64,000 nucleotides of DNA. It comes from the human T2T-CHM13v2.0 reference genome, Homo sapiens. This document shows, piece after piece, positions 31,152 to 43,600 of the stretch. Location of the stretch: assembly GCF_009914755.1 (NCBI RefSeq), contig NC_060942.1; one strand, 5' to 3'. Each line of letters starts with the position of its first letter. Position 1 is the stretch's first letter. Both the position numbers and the translations under genes were made by a program. Below the pieces are notes generated by a model. It did not search any database. It saw only the letters and a program-made list of their open reading frames with translations, and was not told the DNA's origin.

Positions 31152-34089
31152 GCGTCTCCCCTTGTCAGCCTAAGATAAGTTAGTATTGCTATGAAGTAAT
31201 AACAGATCACTGAATGTATTGTCACCTGCCTATTTTTATAGTTAATAGATACAGCAACGTATTTTGTATTTAAAGCTTCTTTTTAGGAAAAGGCCATTTG
31301 TGTGCCCTCCATTAACTTCACACCAATTTCAGTCAGTTTGCTGTGTTGTGATAAGATGTTTCAGTTACACCCTCTGTGCTTCAGAGTGACTGGTCCTTCA
31401 TTAGAGGGTTAAGAAACTTAGTATTTTGGCAGAACTGAGTAATTTGTTTCACCCAGTGGTTAATTTAGGCAAGCAACTGACTTGACTGATCTGAGTCCTT
31501 TTAGTACATGTCTGTTTAGCTGAGTTAATCAGATGGAGTATTGGTTTAGCATTAGGTCAGGGAATTCTGAAAGTAGAATATGTATTACCTAGCCTATTTT
31601 CCACATCTAAAATAAGGAAATATATAGGATTTATTAATAAAATATTTGAGAAAACAACAGAATATACATTGTATTTTTCTATGTAATTTTGTGTTTGATG
31701 AGTAATCATTCTCATTAGAGAATGATACCAGTTTTGAGTTTTGAAAGACATCTTTTCTCACAGAACTATCAATTGCCACTCTTTGCCAGAAGAGTTTTTC
31801 AAAGAGGTATGCGTATTTCTGCTAGCTATCATTACAAAATGATTCTGAGTTATAGTATGAATTGGTAATGGATCTACTTATGACACACTGGTTCACATCT
31901 CAGATTGTTTTTATCTTCTAATGGAAGTCATTCATTCCTTCACATAGTCACTTATATATTCAGTAATTATTTGTTGAGTGTCTACTCTGGACCACACAGA
32001 GTTGTAAGCATTGCAATGTAATTTCGTATATTTTTCAAAATCTCATTGTAAGGAAAAGAGTGTTTAGCACCTCTCACTGGATTGAGGTAGCAATGTTTAC
32101 TTCTTAATATTTTTCCTTAGAAAACAAGCTTCAAAAAATTGTGTTATCCTTTGATTGTTTCGGAAAAAGCTGTTCTCTTTAAATAGCATTTAAATATCAC
32201 CACAAATTGATATATGATTCTCGAAGAATGAAGCTTCATATGAAAATAAATAAACAGCTCAACACAGATAAAGAAATATAAATTAACCTAGTGAGAAAAG
32301 AACACAATTATTGGCTGGATATGAACCTTGATTATGAGTCAGTAGCAAACACTAAAAGAGGGAAAATGATCCATTATTCAATGGAAATAATTTAGCTTGA
32401 TTATTCCTGCATTTTCAAGAGCAGTAAGATCAGCCACATGCAGACAAGTGGGACAGAGTTGTTGTGAATTAAATGCAGTTGTATTGCTATTATATTTAAG
32501 ACATCACAATCTCATTTACTCCCATGGAGCCTGAAGTATGTGCTCTTATGAATAATAATCTTATGATTTTTTTCATAATATGAAATTATACATGAGCCTC
32601 TGAATTTTATTTCAGTCAATGAGGTTTGTCCTCTTTTTGTTCTTGCCATTGGTGATTGATATAATCATTCATATGTGTGTGCAAAATGACCTGATTCATC
32701 ATGATTATATATATTAATAATGGCTATATTGAATAACTTTAGCCAAAGGAAATTTGATTGGTAGGATTCACAAATTATGAAATGTCTAGGATTTAAAGAA
32801 CATATATCATTAAAATCCTTTGAAAAAACAAATTATCCAATTCATAGTCCTTCGGTCAAGAAAATTATTTGATACTCAGTTCCACTTTAAAAATTAAATA
32901 TTAAATTTCATGAGTGTTGCCTGAAAGCTATTTGCAAATAAGTTCTGAGTTTGTGTTATTACAATGGGTTTCCATGCCATTGAAAATATTGTTCTTCTAC
33001 ACATGACATCTTTTTTTCTCATAATTTATCTCCTTAGGTCCTATCTCTTTCTGCTGCTTTTTTTTTTTTTACCCCAGTTATTTCAATATGAATCTTCTTC
33101 TCAACTCAGCAACACTTCAGGGCTCACTGCTCTTGTCCCAGTGAGTTATCTCAATTGAGCCCGCGCATCACACATGTGACCCTGGCACATCTGTGAGGCA
33201 CCAGCACATGTACTCCACAGCCATGTAGAAGCAGCTCATGTTCCCTGATAATATTGTGTAGGGAGAGAAATCAATAGGGCCTTAGGCGAGCCTGAGGAAA
33301 AGAGTTAATTAAGCAGTGTGGAAAAGAGAAGCATCATTGACAAGCAGCAAGATACATTTAAAAGGAATTTTTCAAATGTATTGAAAACAAAATAGGTGAA
33401 GGAGGGGGCAAAACAGGAGGAAACTATGCTACCTTTTCTCAGTGACACTATCACAAATTTATTTACTTTTTCAATAAATTGCATATATATATTCACACAC
33501 AAGTACATTCGTAACTTAAACCCTCTTTATATTTCAGTGTAGACAACATGTGAGAGGGCTGTTATCGATTCTACAGAAGAATCATGGCATGTTATATCAA
33601 TCATGTTTCATGTGCAGGAGCTACTCGTAGGGATTGTGATTGTTGCTACATCATCCAGAATCTCATAGTCAAGTTGCACTTTTGCCCCATCAAATTCCAC
33701 TTTTCATCCTATTAGGAACAACTTTGCTATGTAAGCAGGGTTTTTATGTAAATATTTTAAATTGAATCAATTGCAATATGCTGTCATGACATCTGATTTC
33801 CAGGTATGAAGTAAGTGTGCAGTATATTGTGGACATCACACGATTTGCCTCTCTGTTCTTTACCATGTGTCTCATGATGCCACTGCAAGTTGCATAGGAG
33901 AAAACTGAACATATCTACTCCTAGAATTAGATTGGTTTTTTAGAAGCAAGATTTTCAGGGAAATAAGGAGGAATTCGTTTGAAAATCCCAGTTGAACACC
34001 TATTCGTATTACAGATGGGTTTATTTCTTGGTTTTATTCAGAAACTAGGGGCCTGGATTGCCACTTCCTTTTAAAGCAAGCTGTGTAGG

Positions 34090-34254
34090 CCCTTATTGAT
34101 CGAAGTGTGGTCTCTTGGCCAGAAGCATCAGGATCACCTAGGATCCTTTAGAAATACAGTCTCAATCTTCAGATTAGTCAAACTGAATCCAAATCTGCAT
34201 TTAACAAGGTTCCCTAGGTGATTCTTCTGCATATTACAGTACGGGGAAGCACTG
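34090..34254. mobile_element. MER5A (hAT-Charlie MITE)
   Basis: aagtgtggtc...agcatcaggatcacctagg...taggtgattcttctgca...gaagcactg. Confidence 0.8.
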
Positions 34255-35899
34255 AGCCTCAGACAGTTGCATTTTGGGTAGGGCATATGTATTTGTTTCA
34301 ACTATAACTCTCAAATCTTGTCCTCTAGCTGTAAATCCCAACTACACTGAAAATTTTAAATTGTCAATCAATGCAAATAAAGATAATTAATATTTGGTGC
34401 CTCTGGTGCATGCTTAGGATAGTGAGGAATGCACAGAGATTAAAAGAATGATGTCAGCTATGCAGAAGAGTGGAATTCGTTAAGAATGTGATTGCCTCCC
34501 ATCTTAAGAGATAAAACATGCATTGAAAAAACTATTAGAGAACAACATATACCCATATTTAGCCAACTGCTAGATTGAGCTTAAGGCTATTACTGCTTTG
34601 CAAGTACTAAGAAGATAAAAATCATTGTACAAAAATTCTCTAAGAATTTTTGCCTTTTCTTCTTCTCTCAGTCATCACTGCAATTATGATAAAATTATAC
34701 TGACCTTTGGAAAACTCAGTCAAATATATGATCTCCACTGGCCCTGAATTCTACAGTCTAACTAAACGTGTCACAGAGAGAGAATTAGATAGTTCTCTTT
34801 AATTGGTTTTAAATTGGTAGTCCTTTCACTCAACATTTTTTGCTGGCTTCCTTTAGTTCACTGTATTACAGTATAACACAGAAAAATTGGAACAAAAACT
34901 TTTTGCCAAAAACTATGCATTCGTAGTCAAGTAAACAAACATGGCTACTCTGAGAAATTGGTTATAACAATATAGCAAGCAACAACCCACTAAAAAAATC
35001 AAGCAGCACTAGGAAATATCTCTTATGTTTAATTTCCTGTTGGTTTTGCTATTCAGGTAGGTCTGGTTTTTTGAGAGCTAATGTGGTAGTCTATACAAAA
35101 GGGTCATCGCTGATAATGTGTATAACCAAATGTTATTGACTATAATTTTTTTAAAATAATTTTGTTACAATTTTTCTGCCTTTATATTATATCAGCAATA
35201 CAAATAAAAACACTCCTTTAGAGTTAAAGCAGGATTTTTTAACAAACAGTTATTTTCAGGCCATTAGTAAAATATAATTTTCAAAAGTTAAAAATATGAC
35301 TCTCATAAATATAAAATGAACATATCAAAGATTTTATTCATTTCATTAATTAATGACAGAATGAGGAAAATGGCAAGCCTGGCATTTATTGGCACTTTAA
35401 TAAAAAATTAGAATATGTTTGCTAGGATAGTTATGAAATAGGCTAATATCCATTAACAGTAATAAACTATCAACTTTGACATCTTCTCAGCTGGACAGGA
35501 ATTATTTGCATTTCTAATAGAAAATCTATAACATATAGCTTCACTCAACTGGGGTTCTTTAATCAATTGTAAACAGGCTGCTTAACAAAATACATTCCCT
35601 AGATAATTAAATCATCTTTGTATGGACCTGATAAATCCCCATGGACAAATATGTCACCTTTCTTTTTTCCTTATTTTCACATTTTACATCACTACCTGTA
35701 TTTAGAAAGATCACATATTAATTCTAGTTCTCATTCCATTGTTCTTGCTTTCTTTAGATTGGAGTCAATAAACATAATCTGTTTCTAAATTCTCTGGAAA
35801 ATAAGCACAAAACCACCTTACTCTAAATGTCCTTCTTTCCTTACTGACCTTTCCAGGTAGGGCATTCCTAATGCCATGTGACCTCATAAAATCATGGGC

Positions 35900-36400
35900 T
35901 AGCTGGAATTTATTAATGTGACTTGAGAGATGTTTAAAGCTGAACCAGTATGATTAATAATCATGCAGATGGAAATGAAGGGAAGGGTCTGAGATATATC
36001 TAGAAAGTAAAATCCAAGGGACCTCATGCCTTCTTGAGTAGAAAGGAGCTTGGGAGAAGAAAGAGCCAAAATTGACAGTGGGATTACATGAGAAATAAAT
36101 AAGATCTTTGACATTTGGGTTTAAGGTAGTAAAGAAACATTGAATTTAAGATATTGATGAAGCAATGAGAAATTTTACTATGGAACTTGGGTCAGTGTAG
36201 GAACCAGGACCATAGAGTCACAGGGTACCCATTGATGGTGGTACTTGAAGCCATGGGAAATAATTTAAAAATAGTCACCAAGAGAGGGCATCCTAAAACA
36301 AAACCAACAAAATCAGTATTAGGTACCAGAGAAAGAAGAGGCAATGAAGAAAAGATAGTCAGATAAGAGAATTGAAATGTGGCAGTGTAAGTGCATACAA
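35900..36400 (-). mobile_element. L2 LINE remnant
   Basis: Purine-rich gcagatggaaatgaagggaagggtctgagatatatctag...gatggtggtacttgaagccatggga; approximate. Confidence 0.6.
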
Positions 36401-36512
36401 GTTTTTTGAAATGTAAACAAATAAATATAGTACTCTCAACACATATACAGGAATACATTTTAATTTCTCTAAGATTAATATTGTGTGCCTCTTTCCAAAT
36501 TACTACAAACAG

Positions 36513-36683
36513 GGCCAGGCACGATAGCTCACGCCTATAATCTCAGCACTTTGGGAGGCCAAGGCGGGAGGATCACCTGAGGTCAGGAGTTCAAGACCAA
36601 CCTGGCCAACATGGTGAAACCTCATCTCTACTAAAAATACAAAAATTAGTCAGGCATGGTGGCACACGCCTGTGGTCCCAGCT
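36513..36683 (+). mobile_element. AluS, 3'-truncated (left arm plus start of right arm)
   Basis: Stops abruptly at gtcccagct; no tail. Confidence 0.92.
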
Positions 36684-38034
36684 GGAGAAGGAGGATCCTT
36701 ATTATTCTGCACACTCACCACATTTGCTTGCCAAATGCAAGCACAACCTGAGGATTCCTCCAGCACTTTCAATGTTACTACTGCTTCAACATTCCAATAG
36801 TTGACAGTAGATATAATTTTGGCAAAATTAGAAGATCTTATGGAATGGTTTGTCTCATTCAATTTCTGACAGATATGTTAAAGAATTGTTTTCCTGTCCT
36901 TTCGTCTCCTCCCTTTTGCAGTTTTGATAACACAGTTAAGCAGAAAATCAGTGAGCTAGTCTCCCAGTGAAATCTCCTCTCTTCCAAGGGACTGTGCCCA
37001 AGTGATCCTTTGATCATTTGGAGAAATAAAGCCCTCGCTGTACAGAAAAGCTCAGCTCCACAGTGCCTCAGCCACAGAGCAGATCAGCAGCCATGCTGTC
37101 ATATTTACAGCCAGGTGAAACTCTGGGTTCTTTGCTCTGCATATTTGTAAAATCACCAACTATGATGAGAGTCCACGGGATAGCAATTTGCTGCTGCCGA
37201 AACATTTCCATGCAAGATTCCAGGGAAAAAGAAAATGGCATATTCCTGGGTCTTGGCTGAAATGATTTTGCTGTTATTTGATAAATAATAGTGACTGTGG
37301 GCTTCTTTTATGTTAGGTATTCTGTTTACACACAGATAATTGGGATTGCAACAGATATTTTGTTTTTCTTTAAAGGGAGTTGATCTTAATAACAAAAAAA
37401 TTAAATATATTCACAGGCATATGACTAGACAAGTAGTGTATATATGACACAATAACTAAACTAAAATTGAACAGTATAAATTTGGCACAGTGTACATTAA
37501 AAAATCTGAATAATTAACCTCATGGTGCTTTCATTCACATATTGGGAATTATATGAGTCTAGAATGTGAGAACGTGTGCTGTTCTCATTTTCTAGAAAAG
37601 ACTAGAATTTTCCTTTATATGGAAAGAAATATTTTCTTTCAGATTGGAAAAATATATTCACTTTGTAGGGTAACATTGACACAGCAAGGTTTTTGTGTGT
37701 GGTTTCTAGATGTGGGAAATGTGAACTTGGCCCACCATACCGTCTATATCTATTGTATGCATTATCAAGAATTATTATGAAGGGATCTGTTGTAATTAGT
37801 TGACACAGGATTACTATTGTCTCTGCATTAATGAGGTAGAGGTAAAACAGGATCTCTGTCTTGTAGGTCCTCTTTTCCCTCTGCTCCCTCTCCTTCCTGC
37901 TGTTAATTTTCAAAAGCCCTTCAGGATTTTTTAAAAAGGAAAGCCTATTGATGTGACTTGATAATTTCTCCTTAAAACAATTCATTTTCATTTCTTTCAG
38001 TTGAGAATTCAATTTTTGACTCAGCATTTAGCCC

Positions 38035-38221
38035 TAAAAGCATTTGAAACAGGGTTGATCATGTGCCAGATGTGCATAAATGCTTTACATCCATTGTCTC
38101 ATTTGATCCTCACAACACCACAAAGTTGGTGTTGTTACTCCCATTGTGTGGCAAGAGAAGGTGAGGCACAGAGAGGTAAATGGCATGCACCAAAGAACTG
38201 ACAGCTGTTAAGTGTTGGAAT
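38035..38221 (-). mobile_element. MIR SINE (interrupted by L1 insertions)
   Basis: catgtgccagatg...catttgatcctcacaac...gtgaggcacagagaggtaaatggc. Confidence 0.8.
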
Positions 38222-38230
38222 TGTGACTTA

Positions 38231-38988
38231 TAATCCTTTGGGTATATACCCAGTAATGGGATGGCTGGGTCAAATGGTATTTCTAGTTCTAGATCCCTGA
38301 GGAATCACCACACTGACTTCCACAATGGTTGAACTAGTTTACAGTCCCACCAACAGCGTAAAAGTGTTCCTATTTCTCCACATCCTCTCCAGCACCTGTT
38401 GTTTCCTGGCTTTTCAATGATCGCCATTCTAACTGGTGTGAGATGGTATCTCATTGTGGTTTTGATTTGCATTTCTCTGATGGCCAGTGATGATGAACAT
38501 TTTTTCATGTGCACATGCACACGTATGCTTATTGTGGCACTATTCACAATAGCAAAGACTTGGAACCAAGCCAAATGTCCAACAATGATAGACTGGATTA
38601 AGAAAATGTGGCACATATACACCATGGAATACTATGCAGCCATAAAAAATGATGAGTTCATGTCCTTTGTAGGGACATGGATGAAGCTGGAAACCATCAT
38701 TCTCAGCAAACTATCGCAAGGACAAAAAACCAAATACCGCATGTTTTCACTCATAGGTGGGAATTGAACAATGAGAACACATGGACACAGGAAGGGGAAC
38801 ATCACACACTGTGGCCTGTTGTGGGGTGGGGGGAGGGGGGAGAGATAGCATTAGGAGATATACCTAATGTTAAATGACGAGTTAATGGGTGCAGCACACC
38901 AACATGGCACATGTATACATATGTAATTAACCTGCACATTGTGCACCTGTACCCTAAAACTTAAAGTATAATAAAAAAAAAAAAAAAA
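38231..38988 (+). mobile_element. 5'-truncated, 5'-inverted (twin-primed) L1PA3/4-like element
   Basis: 38231-38511 antisense L1, 38512-38988 sense L1 with poly(A); TSD tgtgactta 38222-38230 / 38991-38999. Confidence 0.93.
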
Positions 38989-38999
38989 CCTGTGACTTA

Positions 39000-39430
39000 A
39001 ACTAGGCTAAATGCCCATCATTGGTAAACTGGACAAAGAAAACATGATACATATACACCATGGAATACTACACAATCATAAAAAAGAATGAGATCATATT
39101 CTTGGCCGCAACATGGATGGAGCTGGAAGCCAAAATCCTGAGTGAACTAACGCAGGAACAGAAAACCAAATACTGTATATCCTCACTTTGAAAGGTGAGA
39201 GGTAAACATTGAGTGCACATAGACACAAAGACTAGAACAACGGACACTGGGGTCTACTTAAGGGTGGAAGGTAGGAGGAGGGAGATAATAAAAAAAAACT
39301 ACCGTTGAGCACTATGCTTATTACCTGGGTGACAAAATAATCTATACCAAGCCCCTATCACACAAAATTTACCTATATAACAAAACTGCAAATGTACCCA
39401 TGAACCTAAAACAAAAGTTTTTTTAAAAAA
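39000..39430 (+). mobile_element. Older L1PA (PA15/16-like) 3' end
   Basis: caccatggaatactacac...gcttattacctgggtgacaaaataatc...gaacctaaaacaaaagtt. Confidence 0.85.
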
Positions 39431-40934
39431 ATCCTAGGCTTCTGTTGAAGCCTATGGGCTAATTTTTTCATGATACTGCCTGTGCTTGTTAAATGAATAC
39501 ATGTAAAGCACAAGGTCTAGCACAAGTAATAAAATCTAGTTATAAGCAAACTGTTATTTTTATTTTCTACTGATGTTTAGATTCAGTATTGTTTTCTTTC
39601 CCTGTGTTGGAGATTTATTTTAGAGTAACCTAGTCTCATTTCTGTTTACATTTCAGAGACATTTGTAGGTTTTATTGTTGATGTTGATTTTTTTGGAACA
39701 ATATATTGAAAAACCAAAATGTCATGAAGTTACTGAAAATAGTTATTCCACATTTCAATCTCCAATCTTGTTCCTAATCTCAAAATTTTGAACGTCTACC
39801 TGATTTAAATTTCTTTGAGAAGTTTTTTGGGTAGGATGAAGGAGCATGCTCTGGAGTTACTGGGTGTTTTCTTTCTTCCTATGGAGCCACCCTGTTTTAT
39901 TCATACTCTTGCCAAGCTTCCAGCACAGAAGCTTTCTCTGTGATAGATTTTCTCTGGTATGAAATATTTTTTTTTCTCTTTCTCAAAATCACTATTAATG
40001 AACGTACTGGAAAATGGAGCAGCCTGACAATTTTGGTTCTGAATGTAACCACTATGAAAATTTTCTAAAATATCTAAAATATCCTTGAAGTTTCTGTTTC
40101 CTCACTTAAAACCCGAAAAGGTTGGACTAGATGAGGAATAAAAAATATTCTAGTAGACTGAACTATATGAAATTACCATTTTTGTAGGTAAAAAAAGTTG
40201 ATTATTGGTCATTTCATATGACCTAACCTAAGAGATTAACTATCTTGTAATTTCAGGTTAAATATTAATATGTATTTATATAGAGAAAAAGTAGCAGTGT
40301 GCAGTCTTCTCTATGAATAACTTCTCCTCAGAAGAGACTGAGATACCAGCAAAATGTTATGAATTCTTTTGGAATAAGTAGGGGTTATTTTGGAAGATGC
40401 TCAGAATCTTGAAATTGTGATTTAATAAAAGATCTGTTTTTTAAATGTTTATAGCACAATGTAGTATGTGAGCATTACTGGGTAATTGAAAACAGTATAT
40501 GTGAGTATTAAATATAGCTACAAAACAGTATTATTTGCCATCAACTTTCCATTTTTTAAATATATTTTCATGATCCTAATGGTTTTGCAAGTACTAGTAA
40601 ACTGGAGCTAGGTTTAAGATATTATCCAACATTTTCTCTCTAACTAAATTTGATATGTCATGTAACTCTTTTCTGATTTTAACAGAAATTCTGACTATAT
40701 AAGGTCAACACACACACGCACACAATATATTGCATGGCTGAGTTTTAGTCTTTAATCCATAAATATTTCTTTTGCTGAGAACTACAGAAGATAAAAATGC
40801 TGAATCAGACGTAGGCCTTGTCCCCAAGGACCTTGCAGTCAATTTTTAGGTACTGTTCAATCTAAACCTGTCCCATTCTGACTTCTGGACTTGTGTCCTT
40901 TTGCTAGCAAACTGACTTCATATTCCTTTTTGAT

Positions 40935-41140
40935 AAGTGCTGGAGCTGGCTGGGACTGGCTCATATGAGCCCATTGTTAAATACGCAGGAATTTTGCAAG
41001 GCAGTTGCTAAACTGTTATTAGTTTGCAATTGGCCTAGGTGGAAGTATTTACCCCACAGAAATTGGCAGATGCTATTAATGGGGGATTTTTTTTTTTTTT
41101 TTTTTTTGCCTGAGAGGCACTTTGCCAGTATACCACCAGA
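40935..41140. mobile_element. MER63-like hAT-Blackjack DNA transposon
   Basis: gtgctggagctggct...gagcccattgttaaatacgcaggaattttgcaag...ccagtataccacca. Confidence 0.7.
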
Positions 41141-41399
41141 ATTCACCAGGCTGGCAGTTGCAATAGAATTCTCCAAAAGATATACATCCGATTATTACAC
41201 AAAGATAGAATTATAAAATCTTATACACAGCTACGCTGGGGTAGGATAAAGTGAGAGATCTTGGAGAATTGTGGCTTAAGAAAAATAACTTCAAAACTAA
41301 GACAAGCACCCTTAGTTTAGATAGTAAGTTCAATTTCTCCTTATAGCCTTTGCAGGAATACTGATAACTTCCCAGGGAGAAACAAATGGTTTTTTTCAC

Positions 41400-41635
41400 T
41401 ACCTACAACGTACTTCACATTGATAAATATCATATGTAATTCACATGAGGATCCTGTGAGGTTATTATTTACTGATAGATTTTTCTTTTGTTGTTTTTGC
41501 TTTCTTTATTTTTTATTCCCACTTTAAAAGCAAGGCTAAAAGCACAGGTGTGTTCCGTGGTTAGTAAATAGCTGAGTTGGGATTTAAACACAGGCCATGC
41601 TGACTGCAAGACTGTCCTGCTTCTACCACACTGTT
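41400..41635 (-). mobile_element. MIR SINE
   Basis: atcctgtgaggttattatt...gctgagttgggatttaaacacagg. Confidence 0.65.
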
Positions 41636-43600
41636 TTCCAGGCAAGAGCATCTGATAAGTAGGGCCAGTGATTTTGAGTGTCATCTCCTTTTTTATCCCT
41701 TAACATCTTCCTTCCCCAAGATTAGCTAACTCATACAGAAGAGGCAAGAAGGCTTCTTGGAGAGTTTCTGAAGTCAAGATTTAGAAAATTAATGATTTGT
41801 ATAATTCATACCCAAAGAACCAATCACAACTTTGCCTTAATGTCCTCATTTGCAAAATAACTATTGTAAGGAAATGGAATTGAAAATATTTAATATCTGG
41901 AGTTTATTATACTGAAGCATTATAGGAGCATAGAACCTTAGGATTTTGTCATTTCTGTAGGCTAATGTCTCTCCATACCCTTCCTATTATCTCTCACTTT
42001 TAAGGACAATTTTTAAAAAGATTCATGTTTTTTCAAGTGGGGAATGAGCTAAAATAAGGAATCTGTTTTTATCTCTCAGTTATAAGATAGGCAGATGACA
42101 GTACTCAGCCTCATGTTATTGAATATGTGCAGGGAGTGAAAAAGACTTCTAATTAAATGAATGCCATTGGGTACCAAATTTTAAAGGCCTGCACTAAATG
42201 GCCCTAGTCATTAATCCTAGAAAAAAGAAAATCGATGTGTGCAGAATGTTCTCTGGTGAATTTTGGTCATTTGCTTTTCCCAGGAATATTCACTGACTGT
42301 ATCACATAGTCTTTATATAGCTCAATAATGAGCAAAAGAATAAAAGGAGACATAAAAGAAGGAATCAGTAAGTCAGCACTGACCTAATTATTACAAAGTG
42401 AATGTTTTTACAAGTAACCTGCAGGCAACTCAGGAGTGAGAAAATATTTTTGTTCAAGCGTTTCAGTATTTCTTATGCATCATAAAGCTTAAAGCAAAAA
42501 GAATAGCATTCAGCCATAATTGATGAATAAGCTGAACCCTGAATTTTAGAATAAAAATGTTTACCTGTAAGTTGGCTTTAACATGATAAAATAGGGATAG
42601 TCAAGACAAAGGTTGCCTTCTGTTTGGCTATAAACAAGTGTATTCTGTTCTATTCCAGGAAAGAAAGAAGGACTCATTTTCTTCATTTTTTCTTCCTTCC
42701 CCTATTTCTCTCTCTCTTTCTTAGAATTTTCAGGCTCAGAGTCTTTAATTATAACATTAATATAGGAAGGACACGTTTACTGATTTGATGTATATTATTT
42801 TAAATGTGTTTTCATAATATTTCAATGTAATTTGGAAAGCAAAGATAATAGATAATACATAGAAATAAAAACCTGAACTAGAATATCAAAAGATAGCCTT
42901 TATTTTATGCTTATTCCATTGCTCACTGAGGCTTTCTTCAGAACACAACAAAGGTATCCAGGTCTGTCTAACTTCTACGATTCTATAAAAAGGAAAATTA
43001 AAACATAGGCCAGGATTACAATTGTATATAATCAATGCATGTAAGAACATGTATATATTTCAAATCTGCAATTTTCCAAAAACAAAGAACATGTGTCATG
43101 ATTATCACTTGTTTGTCATTTACTCAAATTTTCTCATGAACTCTGGTATGACTTTGTCAATGCTAATTATAAACTTACCTTGCTTCATAAAAGACAGCAG
43201 CAAAGTTCATGAGTTTAAGTTCTAGGGAGCTAAAAAACAAATAAACAGATCAATGGAAACTTTGAACTGTGATAAACACTATGATGAAAAGTACATAGGC
43301 TATGAATACGTTCCATGTATTATCATTTTATTTTCTTGTGCTTGAGCAAATAAGCATATAAATTATTATTTTTCAAGACCTTTCATAAATTTTATGCTGA
43401 GATTAACCATTCATTTGCACGTGGCATTTTACTAACCCCTACCTGCATCTCCTCAAACCCTCTGAAAGAATACCCTGTACAGGCTTAGACCCATGTTTTG
43501 CCCTGTAGTTCTGTTATGTAAGATCACTAAAAGGATTGAGATTGAAACCTCCAGGAATTTCCCCATGGGCTGTATTTGTTCTTTTAAATAACTTGAGGAT

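Noticed and set aside
37602-38027. 141-aa minus-strand ORF (also the 130-aa ORF at 6271-6663)
   Set aside because: No recognisable domain or splice context; lengths are compatible with chance.
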